DNA of 20,000 nt from an uncultured virus (IMG/VR IMGVR_UViG_3300031715_000005) (taxonomy: Duplodnaviria > Heunggongvirae > Uroviricota > Caudoviricetes): the IMG/VR virus record IMGVR_UViG_3300031715_000005. One strand, written 5' to 3'. Shown here piece by piece: positions 1 through 8,801 of the stretch (within the stretch, counting starts at the first letter, position 1; each line of letters begins with the position of its first letter). The position numbers were made by a program, and so were the translations under genes. Under the pieces are notes generated by a model. It worked only from the letters and a program-made list of their open reading frames with translations, searched no databases and was not told the origin of the DNA.

Positions 1-3000
1 TTTCCGTTGATCGGACAAGGCGCAGCCAATCCGATTTTCTCAACGATTGCCTATCCCACGTCGCTCACATCAGGAGGGATTCTTTACGGTTCGAGTGCGA
101 CGGCTCTTTCCAGTTCCGGATTGCTTGGTGCCTCTAATATTGTGGTAGGCGGCGGAGCTGGTACGGCACCTTCGACGGATTCGAACGCGAGTCTTTCGGC
201 GGGTGCTCTGACGCTTGGTGCTTCGGGCACGTTGGGATCAATCGTTCTTGGAAATGCGACGAGCGGCTTGCTTACGATCGAGCCGACTACCGGAGCGATC
301 ACGTCCTATACGATTGCTCTTCCCGTAGCTCAGCCGTCGGGGAGCAATACGTTTCTTTCTTGCACGGCCGCTAATCCGGCGGTATGCACCTGGGCAGCCG
401 GCGGAGGCGGAGGGAGTTCGGCTTTTCCGATTACGGTTTCGGGAACGGTAACTTCCGGCGGGATTCCTTATTTCAATTCGACCACGCAGGAATCTTCGTC
501 GGCGTTGCTGGCTTCTGGAGGAGTTGTTCTTGGTGGCGGAACTGGCGGTGCGCCAAGTACTTCGACGGGGTTGACGTTCTCTTCGCCGACGCTGACTGTT
601 GGAGTGGCGGGAACGACGACGGGAGTCTTAACGCTCGCATCTTCGACAGCCACGGGAAGCGTGAGTTTGACGCCTGCTTCAGCCGCTTCGGCGTTCACAC
701 TGACGTTGCCGGCAATCACGGATACTGTAGCGACGTTAACGGCCACACAGACGTTGACGAATAAATCCATCGCCTTACAGCAAATCACTAGCGCGACCGG
801 AGCGATAGCGACACTGGCGAACGGGAACAATCCGTTGACGATCAACTGTGCGTTGACGAGTGCGGTAGCGTGCGTGACCACGGGAGAAACGACGGCGGCG
901 ACAACTTCGGGAGCGGTCGAAGATCAAGTCACGACGCTCACGACTTCCGCAGCGATTGCTCTTCAGTTGACGCAAGGGGCAGCGGGACCCGCCAACGGTG
1001 CGGCGCCGGCGGTGATCAATGTGACGGCTGCGGCCGCTGGTGGAGCTGCGGGTGCGAGCAATGCGGGCAGCACGGGCGCGCCGATTACTTTGCTGACTGG
1101 CGCGGGATCTGCCGGTGGCGCTACCACAGGGAACGGAGGCAACGGCGGAATCTTTACGGTGACGCAAGGTGTAGGTGGTGCGGCTGGAGGGACCGCGACG
1201 AACAACGGTGGCAACGGTGGAGCACTGGCGTGGACGACAGGTGCCGGGGGCGCCGGGGGGACAGGCGCCGGCACAGCTGGAAATGGCGGTGGAGTGACGT
1301 TTACTTTAGGAGCACCCGGAGCAAATAGTTCGACGGGAACAGCCGGAACGGTAGGACAGTTCAACGTGACTGGCAATGCACCGGCATCCACGGCGAATGC
1401 GACAGGCGTTTCGGCGGGGACGACGTTCGTGGTGACGGGTGTTGCCGGCGGAGCTTCTTCGAACGCGGCGGGTACGGCCGGTGTGGGGTCTATAGCAACG
1501 ATCAACGGTGGTGTAGGTGGCGCCGGGACGGGTACCAATGCCGTCGGCGGAGCCGGAGGCGGTGTCAACCTCAATGCTGGAAACGGCGGTGCTTCGCTTG
1601 GCACGGGAGCCAATTCGAATGGTGCAAGCATTACGCTGACACCAGGCATTGCCGGAACGGGTGGATCAGGAACAGCCGGAAAGGCTGGAGTTGTCTCGGT
1701 AGCTGGACCAAACGCGGGATTTGTGGGATTCACGCAAGGGTCAGCCAACACGACGGCAAACACGAATATCCCGGCGAATACCGTGTTTTTCCAAGCTCCT
1801 ACGTCGGTGACAGCTTATAGCGTGACGCTGCCGGGAGCGGCCGCGACGGGTTTTCCATTCTGGACGAATGCTTCGGGAGTGGTGACGGAAAGCATAGTGG
1901 CCACGATTCCTCTAAACGATATCGTAAGCCCAACCGGAGCCGTGGCGACGTTCGCCCTAGGAACCAACGTGGTGACGTTGAATTGCGCCACTACAAGCGC
2001 GGTGAACTGCGTGACGATGGGGGAGACAACGGCGGCGACGACGAGCGGCTCTGTAGAAACGCAGATTTCTACGCTCACGACTTCGCAAGCCATTCCCTTG
2101 CAATTGACCCAAGGAGCGGCTGGACCTGCGGTCGCGAATGCGCCAGCTGTCATTAATGTTTCGGCGGCGGCTACGGGTGGCGCGGCGACTGCTTCCGTGA
2201 ATGGCTTTGTCGGGGCGCCAATCACTTTGATCACCGGCGCGGGATCGGCTGGAGGTTCTACCACCGGGAACGGCGGTACGGGTGGAGCTTTTAACCTTAC
2301 GACGGGCGCTGGAGGTGCGCACGGTGGCACTACGACGAATACGGGCGGTATCGGAGGTGCAATCAACCTCACCACGGGCGCTGGCACCGCGGGAGCCGCA
2401 ACAGGAGCCGGAGCGGCGGCCGGAGCTTTGGTTTTCGCGGGTGGCACGGGTGGAGCTGGCGGCTCGACTTCCGGCACGGGCGGCGCTGGAGGAGATTTCC
2501 TGGTTACGACCGGCACGGGCGGCGCGGCGACTTCGGGAAGCACAACCGGGCGAGGCGGAAACTTTATCGTGACTCTCGGAAGCGCCGGCGGAACAGGCAC
2601 GGCTGGTGCGCCGGGGCAATTCGAAGTTTTCGGGGGAACGGTTGGAGCTGCGAACGTCACTCCATTCGTGAACGTAACGGGTACTTGGAATACCACGGGC
2701 ACGGTGGACGCGGCGATTTTTGCGAATATCACCAATACAGCTTCAGGCGCGAGTTCGTTGCTGGAAGATTTGCAAGTCGGTAGCGCCAGCAAGTTCAGTG
2801 TGGACAAAAATGGTCTTGTCACGGCCGGATCAATCTCGCAGTCGGGCGGGACCCAAATTATTTCCGGAGCGGATTACACAAACTCCACCACCACGCCGTC
2901 TACAGTTTTTAGTTGGACGCTTCCAGCAACCGCTTCGGCAAAAACGTACCGCTTTTCCTGCGATATCATGTGGGAGAGCACGAACACGACGCTTGTCGGT

Positions 3001-3300
3001 CCAGTTTTCGGAGTGAATATATCAGCAGCTCCAACGCAGTTGACAGCAAATGCCTCTGTTCAAAATACTCTTGCTGGCGCGGATATAAACGGCTATCTGA
3101 GCAACACGACAACCGGGTCACAGACATTAGTAACTAGCAGCGCAGCGGGAGTAACCAGCACAAATTATTGGGCAAAGATTTGGGGCACGATTGAAGGAGC
3201 CCCGGTTGCGGGAAGCACGTTCATTATCAATGCGGCTTCGACAAGCGGAACGACGGCGACGTTGAATATTCGGAGAGGCTCCGGATGCACCTTAAACTAG
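1..3300 (+). CDS. Gly/Ala/Thr-rich tail fibre/adhesin-like protein, 5'-truncated by the window edge
   Basis: The frame is open from base 1 (ttt ccg ttg atc...), so the TTG at 7 is probably not the real start. It contains two internal duplications and long GGxGG poly-Gly tracts, followed by a distinct C-terminal globular domain. Confidence 0.75.
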   Translation, partial: FPLIGQGAANPIFSTIAYPTSLTSGGILYGSSATALSSSGLLGASNIVVGGGAGTAPSTDSNASLSAGALTLGASGTLGSIVLGNATSGLLTIEPTTGAITSYTIALPVAQPSGSNTFLSCTAANPAVCTWAAGGGGGSSAFPITVSGTVTSGGIPYFNSTTQESSSALLASGGVVLGGGTGGAPSTSTGLTFSSPTLTVGVAGTTTGVLTLASSTATGSVSLTPASAASAFTLTLPAITDTVATLTATQTLTNKSIALQQITSATGAIATLANGNNPLTINCALTSAVACVTTGETTAATTSGAVEDQVTTLTTSAAIALQLTQGAAGPANGAAPAVINVTAAAAGGAAGASNAGSTGAPITLLTGAGSAGGATTGNGGNGGIFTVTQGVGGAAGGTATNNGGNGGALAWTTGAGGAGGTGAGTAGNGGGVTFTLGAPGANSSTGTAGTVGQFNVTGNAPASTANATGVSAGTTFVVTGVAGGASSNAAGTAGVGSIATINGGVGGAGTGTNAVGGAGGGVNLNAGNGGASLGTGANSNGASITLTPGIAGTGGSGTAGKAGVVSVAGPNAGFVGFTQGSANTTANTNIPANTVFFQAPTSVTAYSVTLPGAAATGFPFWTNASGVVTESIVATIPLNDIVSPTGAVATFALGTNVVTLNCATTSAVNCVTMGETTAATTSGSVETQISTLTTSQAIPLQLTQGAAGPAVANAPAVINVSAAATGGAATASVNGFVGAPITLITGAGSAGGSTTGNGGTGGAFNLTTGAGGAHGGTTTNTGGIGGAINLTTGAGTAGAATGAGAAAGALVFAGGTGGAGGSTSGTGGAGGDFLVTTGTGGAATSGSTTGRGGNFIVTLGSAGGTGTAGAPGQFEVFGGTVGAANVTPFVNVTGTWNTTGTVDAAIFANITNTASGASSLLEDLQVGSASKFSVDKNGLVTAGSISQSGGTQIISGADYTNSTTTPSTVFSWTLPATASAKTYRFSCDIMWESTNTTLVGPVFGVNISAAPTQLTANASVQNTLAGADINGYLSNTTTGSQTLVTSSAAGVTSTNYWAKIWGTIEGAPVAGSTFIINAASTSGTTATLNIRRGSGCTLN

Positions 3301-4103
3301 GTCGAATCTCATTTCTGATTTTGTTGGTGGCCTTCTTCTGTTCTCCGGCGAAGGCTAATCCTGTCCAGACATGCAACGTGAGTGCTAGTTCGACGACGAG
3401 TACGAGTTGCACGCTGAATGCGACGACCGTTGCGGCTGGAGATTTGCTTACATGCGGCGTGATGTGGGGCAACGTGATCAGTGGGGAGACGTTTGCGGTC
3501 AGTGATCCCACGAATGGGACCTACACCGCAATCACGGGGACTCCGCTCAATGACACCGGCCCTTCCAATTCGCTGTATGGGGCATGGGTCAAAAATAGTA
3601 CGTCCAATGCGACGTTGACGATCACGATAACCATGACGGGCAGCGGTGGTTCGCATACGATTCGCATGGGCTGTTACGAGTATCATTCAGCGACGGGTTG
3701 GCCGACGAACCCGGTAGATACGCAAGCGGCTTCGACTTGTGCGGCAGCCTTCACTTGCACAACGTCGAGCATCACGCCTTCCGTGACGGGCGAGCTGGTG
3801 TTTGCGGCGTGGATCATGCAAGGCACTCCGGCGGCGAGCAGCTTCACGGTTTCGGCCGGATGCGCGGAACAGGATGCCGGGGGAACGGCCGGAACTGGTT
3901 GGGGATCGCAGACGCGCGCAACGGGCGCGGACAATGAAAATTCGGGAAACACGTCCACAAATTGCACGATTAACTGGACGACTACCACTTCGGGAACGGC
4001 ATTTTATATCGTGGCGTTCAAGCCGAATGCGGGAAGCGGAATCGTGAGCAATTTGACCGTGGGGGGGAACGCAGTCGTTGGAGGAAAGGTGGTAGTTTAC
4101 TAA
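3285..4103 (+). CDS. Secreted Thr/Ser-rich beta-sandwich-like protein (putative minor fibre/adhesin)
   Basis: GGAGAGG RBS upstream and overlap with the previous stop. Signal peptide MHLKLGRISFLILLVAFFCSPAKA|N. The body resembles a domain repeated in the next gene. Confidence 0.75.
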   Translation: MHLKLGRISFLILLVAFFCSPAKANPVQTCNVSASSTTSTSCTLNATTVAAGDLLTCGVMWGNVISGETFAVSDPTNGTYTAITGTPLNDTGPSNSLYGAWVKNSTSNATLTITITMTGSGGSHTIRMGCYEYHSATGWPTNPVDTQAASTCAAAFTCTTSSITPSVTGELVFAAWIMQGTPAASSFTVSAGCAEQDAGGTAGTGWGSQTRATGADNENSGNTSTNCTINWTTTTSGTAFYIVAFKPNAGSGIVSNLTVGGNAVVGGKVVVY

Positions 4104-7100
4104 TGTTTTCCGTCAAGAAAATAGCTTTGCTGGTGGGAGCCTGCCTTCTTTTCTCAATTTCTTCTCCGGCGCAGAGTCCTCCGCCGACAATCTTCTTCAC
4201 CGATTTGGACAGTGGGCCAAACAGCGGGGGAGAAAGTGTCAGCGGGTTCGCCGGCGCGTACGTGACTATTTACGGGAATTTCTTTGGGACTTCCCAGGGC
4301 AGCTCAACGATCACTTGGAACGGGCTGAATTGCTTACGCGTGTTGCCGGTAACGGGAAATTACACGGGATGGGGCATGGCGCACCTGTGGTATCAGGAAA
4401 TTATCGTGCAGATCGGTCCAACGTGCACGGCGGCTACGGGAAGTTTCGTCGTCACGACGACAAACGGATCATCGAACGGGTTGGCGTTCACGGTCCGGAG
4501 CGGAAACATCTATTGTATTTCCAATTCGGGAAGCGATAGCAACAGCGGCGCTTTCCCAAGCTCCTGTTTTGCAACGCCGAAGTTTGCCTTCACCAAAATG
4601 AATGCGGGAGACACCGCTTATTGGGAAGGGGGCGTAGTCGTTTCTTCGGGTGGAAGTTTTTCCGCTTTGGATTGGGGCGCCAGCGGGACGGCCGGGAATC
4701 CGGTAGCGATGGTGTCTTATCCGGGAGCTTCACCGCAACCAGGGGTGCAGTGCAACCCCTGCCAGGACGGGTATGCAATCCGGGCCGCGCAGGGTTTCCC
4801 GGCTCAGGATAACTACCTCACGATGGCGGGGCTTTTCATTTCCGGAGATACATTCGCTTGGTTCTCGGAGTATGGAGGGACGAATCAGCGGTTTGTAGGG
4901 AACAAATTCACTTGTGTGGGAAATTCCGCAGCCGTCGGCTGTTTCCAGACTAGTCAGCAGACGTTCATCAAGTACTACGGAAACGAAGTCACCGGAATCG
5001 TGGCGGGAACACAGAGCGGCGGCAATGGGACCTCGAAGCAATACCACGCTGTCTACTTTTGCACCGACACGAATCACATCGAAGAAGCTTGGAACTCGAT
5101 CCATGACAACCTGAGCTGCAACGCTACCCAGGTCCATTCCTCGCCGGTGAATGGGACGACGGGTTTCGATCAGTACGACATTTCGATTCACGACAATCTT
5201 GTCCACGACGAACCGTGCACGGCTTTTCTTCTGGCCACGGTAGATCCCTCGCAGGGGAAAGTCGAGCTGTACAACAATGTCATTTATCACGTAGGAATTG
5301 GGCCGGCTCCGGCGGATGGCGAAGAAAGCGAAACGTGTTTCCGATTTGCTCAGATCATCAATAATTCTCCGCCCCTGCCAAGCGGGACTGCGGAGGTTTA
5401 TAACAATACGTGCGTGGACGCGGGTTCGTTCGTGGGAGCATTCGGGCATTCGGGATCGCTTGGCCTCGATTCCGGATCGACGGACATTGCCGTGCGATTC
5501 CGAAATAATATTTTCTATCAACTGTCGGGAGAGTTTTTCACGAACAGTGGAAGCGTGCCTGCCGCTAATGCTCCTCCGCTGTCCGGCTCCAACAATGTGT
5601 GGTTTGGGGGAAACCAGACAGCCCCTTCTTTTACGACAGGGAATCTGACGGCCGATCCGCTGTTCATCAATCGTTCGGTGAACAACCTGCACATACAAAC
5701 AACGAGCGAGGCGGTGAAGGCCGGAACGCTCATCAGCAATGCGACGACGTACAAAAGCTATCCGCCGTACCAGGGAAGCACGCCGATTGATCACGACAGC
5801 ATCCGCAGGTCGAATGCGCCTTCGATTGGAGCATACGAATTGGGGACGTTGCCGACGTTCGTTTACAGTGCGGTCGCGCCGTTGGCGATTCCTTCTGGAA
5901 GCGGATTCAGTGGTCCTAGCTCTTGCACGTCGGGTAATCCCTGCTACCGGATTCCGGTAGATCCCACGGCAATTACAGCGGGAAGCACGATCCTGCTTTC
6001 CTTTGGATACGACAGTACGAGCAGCAATCAGGTGTTTACGGTCACGGACGATCAAAGCGACACGTACACACTCGATGTGACTTCCTCGCAGAGCAACAAT
6101 AAGACGCTGAAAATCTACCGGGCCGTGAACGTCGCCGCAGGAGTGCATTACATCAACGTGCAACTCACTAGCGGAGCGGCCAACGGATATTGGCAGGGAC
6201 AAGTAGCTGTCTTTTACAATGCGAACAGTTTAGATGTGGCATCCTGCAACGCGGCCACTTCCACGACGGTCAGCGCCGGCAGCATGGTCGTGACTACCAG
6301 CGGGGACCTGATTTTTCAGGCGACCTATGCTTCAGCTCAAAATTCGGAGTCGTCGTTTACGGTTGGGTCACAAACCAATATTTCCTGGAATCTGGCTTCG
6401 ACGCTGTTGGGCGATGGAGCCGCAAGCCAGTACGGAGTCTACAATTCGACTTCGGCCATCAATCCGACGTTCACGCAAGCTTCCTCGAATGCGTACATCA
6501 GTTGCGCGGTGGCTTTGCTGGCCAATGCGACGGGAAGCGCGCCGACAACGATTCCTCGCGTGGTTCATCAGGAACACGACGCCATGCCGAAAAATTCAGC
6601 GAGTCCGTGGCACGTGGGCTTCGTTTTGGATGTCCCCAATTCGGCCGTGTATCTGTCCTATGTTGGCAACGATTCGATTTCGAGCGTGAGTTCGAGCCCT
6701 TCGCCTACCGGCACGGCCTGGACGGCGAGCGGATCGGATTTCACGGGGTTGAACGGCCACAATCACGTCAACTTTTACTGCGCGAGTTGGACCAGTCCGC
6801 CGGGATTTGTGAACCTCAGTATCAGCCGCGGCGGGACTTCGAACGACTCGATCAATATGATCTACGTCGTCCAGAACGCGACCTGCAACCTCGATGTGGA
6901 TTCAGCGGGCCAATCCGGGAATCAAACATCCGCAGGGTCATTGACCGTCTGTACGTCGTGTCTGACACCGACGAAACAAAATGATTTCATCATGTCCGAG
7001 GGTGGACAGGCGTTTTGCACGGCGACGAGCGCGACGTCGCCTTCGAATGCAAATTTTTCGACCGTTTGGTACACCGGCAATACGGTTGACGGCCCGACAC

Positions 7101-7582
7101 AGACGGATGAAAATAATTTTTGGTCCTTCCTCTACAATGGCAGCAGCCTTAGCGCGTTCACGATCACTTACGCGGAATCTTGCGATAACCCGCAGGGAGA
7201 TTGGGCCAATCGCGTAGCCGCCTATCAGTCGTCGGCGAACGTGGCGGCTTCTGTCCCGACGTTTTCTCCCGTGGCAGGAACCTATGGCGGTGCGCAGTCA
7301 GTCACACTCAGCACGTCGTCCAGCGGTGCGGTGATCTGCTACACGACGAATGGAACGACGCCGACGACAAATGGAACAACGGGTTGCACGGCGGGGACTT
7401 TGTATTCGGCGGCAATCGTTGTGAACACCACGGAAACGATTGAGGCCGTTGCTGGAGGAACAGGTTACACGGATTCGGGAATTGGGACGGCGGCATATAC
7501 GATCAACGCAACACCTCTGGCGGCCGCTCCCTCTATTTTTGCAGGAAATTTGAACGTCTCGGGACAAGTAATAGTCAAGTGA
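4103..7582 (+). CDS. Large secreted multidomain protein: IPT/TIG-like domain, right-handed beta-helix (depolymerase/tailspike-like), two beta-sandwich repeats, chitobiase/Fn3-like (CHB_HEX_C-type) domain
   Basis: TAATG coupling. Signal peptide MFSVKKIALLVGACLLFSISSPA|Q. Motifs: VTIYGNFFG (IPT); IHDNLVHD, LYNNVIY, VYNNT, FRNNIFY (beta-helix); ADPLF...PSIGAYE; PTFSPVAGTY...SVTLS...ICYTTNGTTP. Confidence 0.8.
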   Translation: MFSVKKIALLVGACLLFSISSPAQSPPPTIFFTDLDSGPNSGGESVSGFAGAYVTIYGNFFGTSQGSSTITWNGLNCLRVLPVTGNYTGWGMAHLWYQEIIVQIGPTCTAATGSFVVTTTNGSSNGLAFTVRSGNIYCISNSGSDSNSGAFPSSCFATPKFAFTKMNAGDTAYWEGGVVVSSGGSFSALDWGASGTAGNPVAMVSYPGASPQPGVQCNPCQDGYAIRAAQGFPAQDNYLTMAGLFISGDTFAWFSEYGGTNQRFVGNKFTCVGNSAAVGCFQTSQQTFIKYYGNEVTGIVAGTQSGGNGTSKQYHAVYFCTDTNHIEEAWNSIHDNLSCNATQVHSSPVNGTTGFDQYDISIHDNLVHDEPCTAFLLATVDPSQGKVELYNNVIYHVGIGPAPADGEESETCFRFAQIINNSPPLPSGTAEVYNNTCVDAGSFVGAFGHSGSLGLDSGSTDIAVRFRNNIFYQLSGEFFTNSGSVPAANAPPLSGSNNVWFGGNQTAPSFTTGNLTADPLFINRSVNNLHIQTTSEAVKAGTLISNATTYKSYPPYQGSTPIDHDSIRRSNAPSIGAYELGTLPTFVYSAVAPLAIPSGSGFSGPSSCTSGNPCYRIPVDPTAITAGSTILLSFGYDSTSSNQVFTVTDDQSDTYTLDVTSSQSNNKTLKIYRAVNVAAGVHYINVQLTSGAANGYWQGQVAVFYNANSLDVASCNAATSTTVSAGSMVVTTSGDLIFQATYASAQNSESSFTVGSQTNISWNLASTLLGDGAASQYGVYNSTSAINPTFTQASSNAYISCAVALLANATGSAPTTIPRVVHQEHDAMPKNSASPWHVGFVLDVPNSAVYLSYVGNDSISSVSSSPSPTGTAWTASGSDFTGLNGHNHVNFYCASWTSPPGFVNLSISRGGTSNDSINMIYVVQNATCNLDVDSAGQSGNQTSAGSLTVCTSCLTPTKQNDFIMSEGGQAFCTATSATSPSNANFSTVWYTGNTVDGPTQTDENNFWSFLYNGSSLSAFTITYAESCDNPQGDWANRVAAYQSSANVAASVPTFSPVAGTYGGAQSVTLSTSSSGAVICYTTNGTTPTTNGTTGCTAGTLYSAAIVVNTTETIEAVAGGTGYTDSGIGTAAYTINATPLAAAPSIFAGNLNVSGQVIVK

Positions 7583-7591
7583 GGAGATGAA

Positions 7592-8065
7592 ATGAAAAAG
7601 CTTGCATCGGGAATTTTGCTGTGTTTGGTTTTTTTGGTCGGTCTGGAAACTTCGCGCGTGGCGCGGGTTCATGCGCAAACGGCGGAGGCGGCTACATTCC
7701 AGGGACTAGCGGCGCACACGACTTGCTTGACACCCGTGACTGGTTCGTATTTCCTGTGCGTGGCATCCGATGGAATTTGGGTTAGCAACAACGGCGCCGC
7801 TTATTTCCAGGTGGTCGCCTCGTCGGGAACGGCCGGAGTCACTTCCTTTAATGGAAGGACAGGGGCAGTCGTTCCGACGGCGGGCGACTACAGCTTTTCG
7901 CTTTTGAGCGGGAGCGCGACGGCTTCACAGGTTCCGCCAGCGGTCAATTCGCTGACAGTTTGCAATGCGGCCGGGACTACGTGCGGATCGGCACAGACCG
8001 GGGCAATCTCTCTCTCGATCCCTAAGACGGTTACGGTGGCGGCTCCCACGGCCACGCTGCAATGA
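7592..8065 (+). CDS. Secreted small fibre-like protein
   Basis: GAGGAG RBS. Signal peptide ending RVHA|Q. Contains VTSFNGRTGAVV, a motif typical of phage tail fibres (VTSVNGxTGxV). Confidence 0.75.
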   Translation: MKKLASGILLCLVFLVGLETSRVARVHAQTAEAATFQGLAAHTTCLTPVTGSYFLCVASDGIWVSNNGAAYFQVVASSGTAGVTSFNGRTGAVVPTAGDYSFSLLSGSATASQVPPAVNSLTVCNAAGTTCGSAQTGAISLSIPKTVTVAAPTATLQ

Positions 8066-8235
8066 TCGAAAGGCGCGAACAAAACCGGAAAGTCAAGACG
8101 AAGGCATTTCTGATCGTGATGATCTCGTTTTTGGTGGTGAAGATTGTCGGAGAGCACTATCAATCGGTGGATCATTACTCGCATTTGGCTGTTCTGGCTT
8201 TTCTCGGTGCTCGCATCTTTCTCAGGGATATCTAG
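8062..8235 (+). CDS. 57-aa membrane protein with two hydrophobic segments (holin-like candidate), not in the ORF track
   Basis: ATGA overlap with the upstream stop. MIERREQNRKVKTKAFLIVMISFLVVKIVGEHYQSVDHYSHLAVLAFLGARIFLRDI*. Fills the gap before the next gene. Confidence 0.65.
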   Translation: MIERREQNRKVKTKAFLIVMISFLVVKIVGEHYQSVDHYSHLAVLAFLGARIFLRDI

Positions 8236-8243
8236 GGGCCATA

Positions 8244-8756
8244 ATGACAGGTGAGTCAGTTCTGGTTGCATTAGGAGGAGTGATTGCTGCGATTTTAGGA
8301 AGCTACGTCATTGTACGACACAGTGACTATGAAAGGCAGTTGGTGGATGAACGCTGGCGCGGAGGAATCGAAACGAAGGTGGACGCCATGTGGAAGGTAC
8401 TCTTCCGCGCGGCGACGTTCGATGGATTGGTTGGAGGAATTTTACAGACGAAAAGCCCGATCCACGTCAACCTAGATGCGTTCAAGACTCACCCCGAACT
8501 TGTGAAGAAGCTGAAAGACTTCTACGAGACAACGGGGAAAAACCTGAAAGACCTGGAGCTGTTTGTCGAGCTGGAGAATCGCTTTTCCGCCGATTTCTCT
8601 CAGTTCGAACGGCAGCATGGATTGAGAGCTGTCGCATCGGTGGCGGCGGCGTGCTACTTGCTGCGTCCGGAAATGAGCATTTTCGATCATCGCAATTTTG
8701 AAATTACGAAGTCGGCTTATGCCGATGAACCTCCGGAGCAAGGAAAAGAAGGGTAG
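8244..8756 (+). CDS. Hypothetical protein with an N-terminal transmembrane helix (170 aa)
   Basis: Start revised from 7965 to ATG 8244 (AGGGG RBS). MTGESVLVALGGVIAAILGSYVIV is a TM helix, followed by a short helical segment. Confidence 0.7.
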   Translation: MTGESVLVALGGVIAAILGSYVIVRHSDYERQLVDERWRGGIETKVDAMWKVLFRAATFDGLVGGILQTKSPIHVNLDAFKTHPELVKKLKDFYETTGKNLKDLELFVELENRFSADFSQFERQHGLRAVASVAAACYLLRPEMSIFDHRNFEITKSAYADEPPEQGKEG

Positions 8757-8781
8757 ACATTCAAGGTAAAGATAGTAGAAT
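8754..8781 (+). promoter_or_regulatory. Sigma70-like promoter
   Basis: TAGACA (8754-8759), 16-nt spacer, TAGAAT (8776-8781), upstream of the AAGGAG RBS of the gene at 8802. Confidence 0.55.
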
Positions 8782-8801
8782 GTTTTGCCAAGGAGCGTGA
8801 T

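Noticed and set aside
769..2620. Diversity-generating retroelement TR/VR pair
   Set aside because: The duplicated segments differ at all base types, both lie in coding sequence, and no reverse transcriptase is present in the window.
963..6202. Long minus-strand ORFs (963-1763, 1815-2822, 4730-6202)
   Set aside because: They are antisense shadows of GC-rich, Gly/Ala/Thr-biased plus-strand genes and have no recognisable motifs.
7965..8243. N-terminal extension of the 263-aa ORF (likewise the upstream extensions at 15908, 16491, 13408 and 11821)
   Set aside because: These overlap better-supported genes, promoters or the structured RNA. The downstream starts have RBS support, translational coupling or promoter support.
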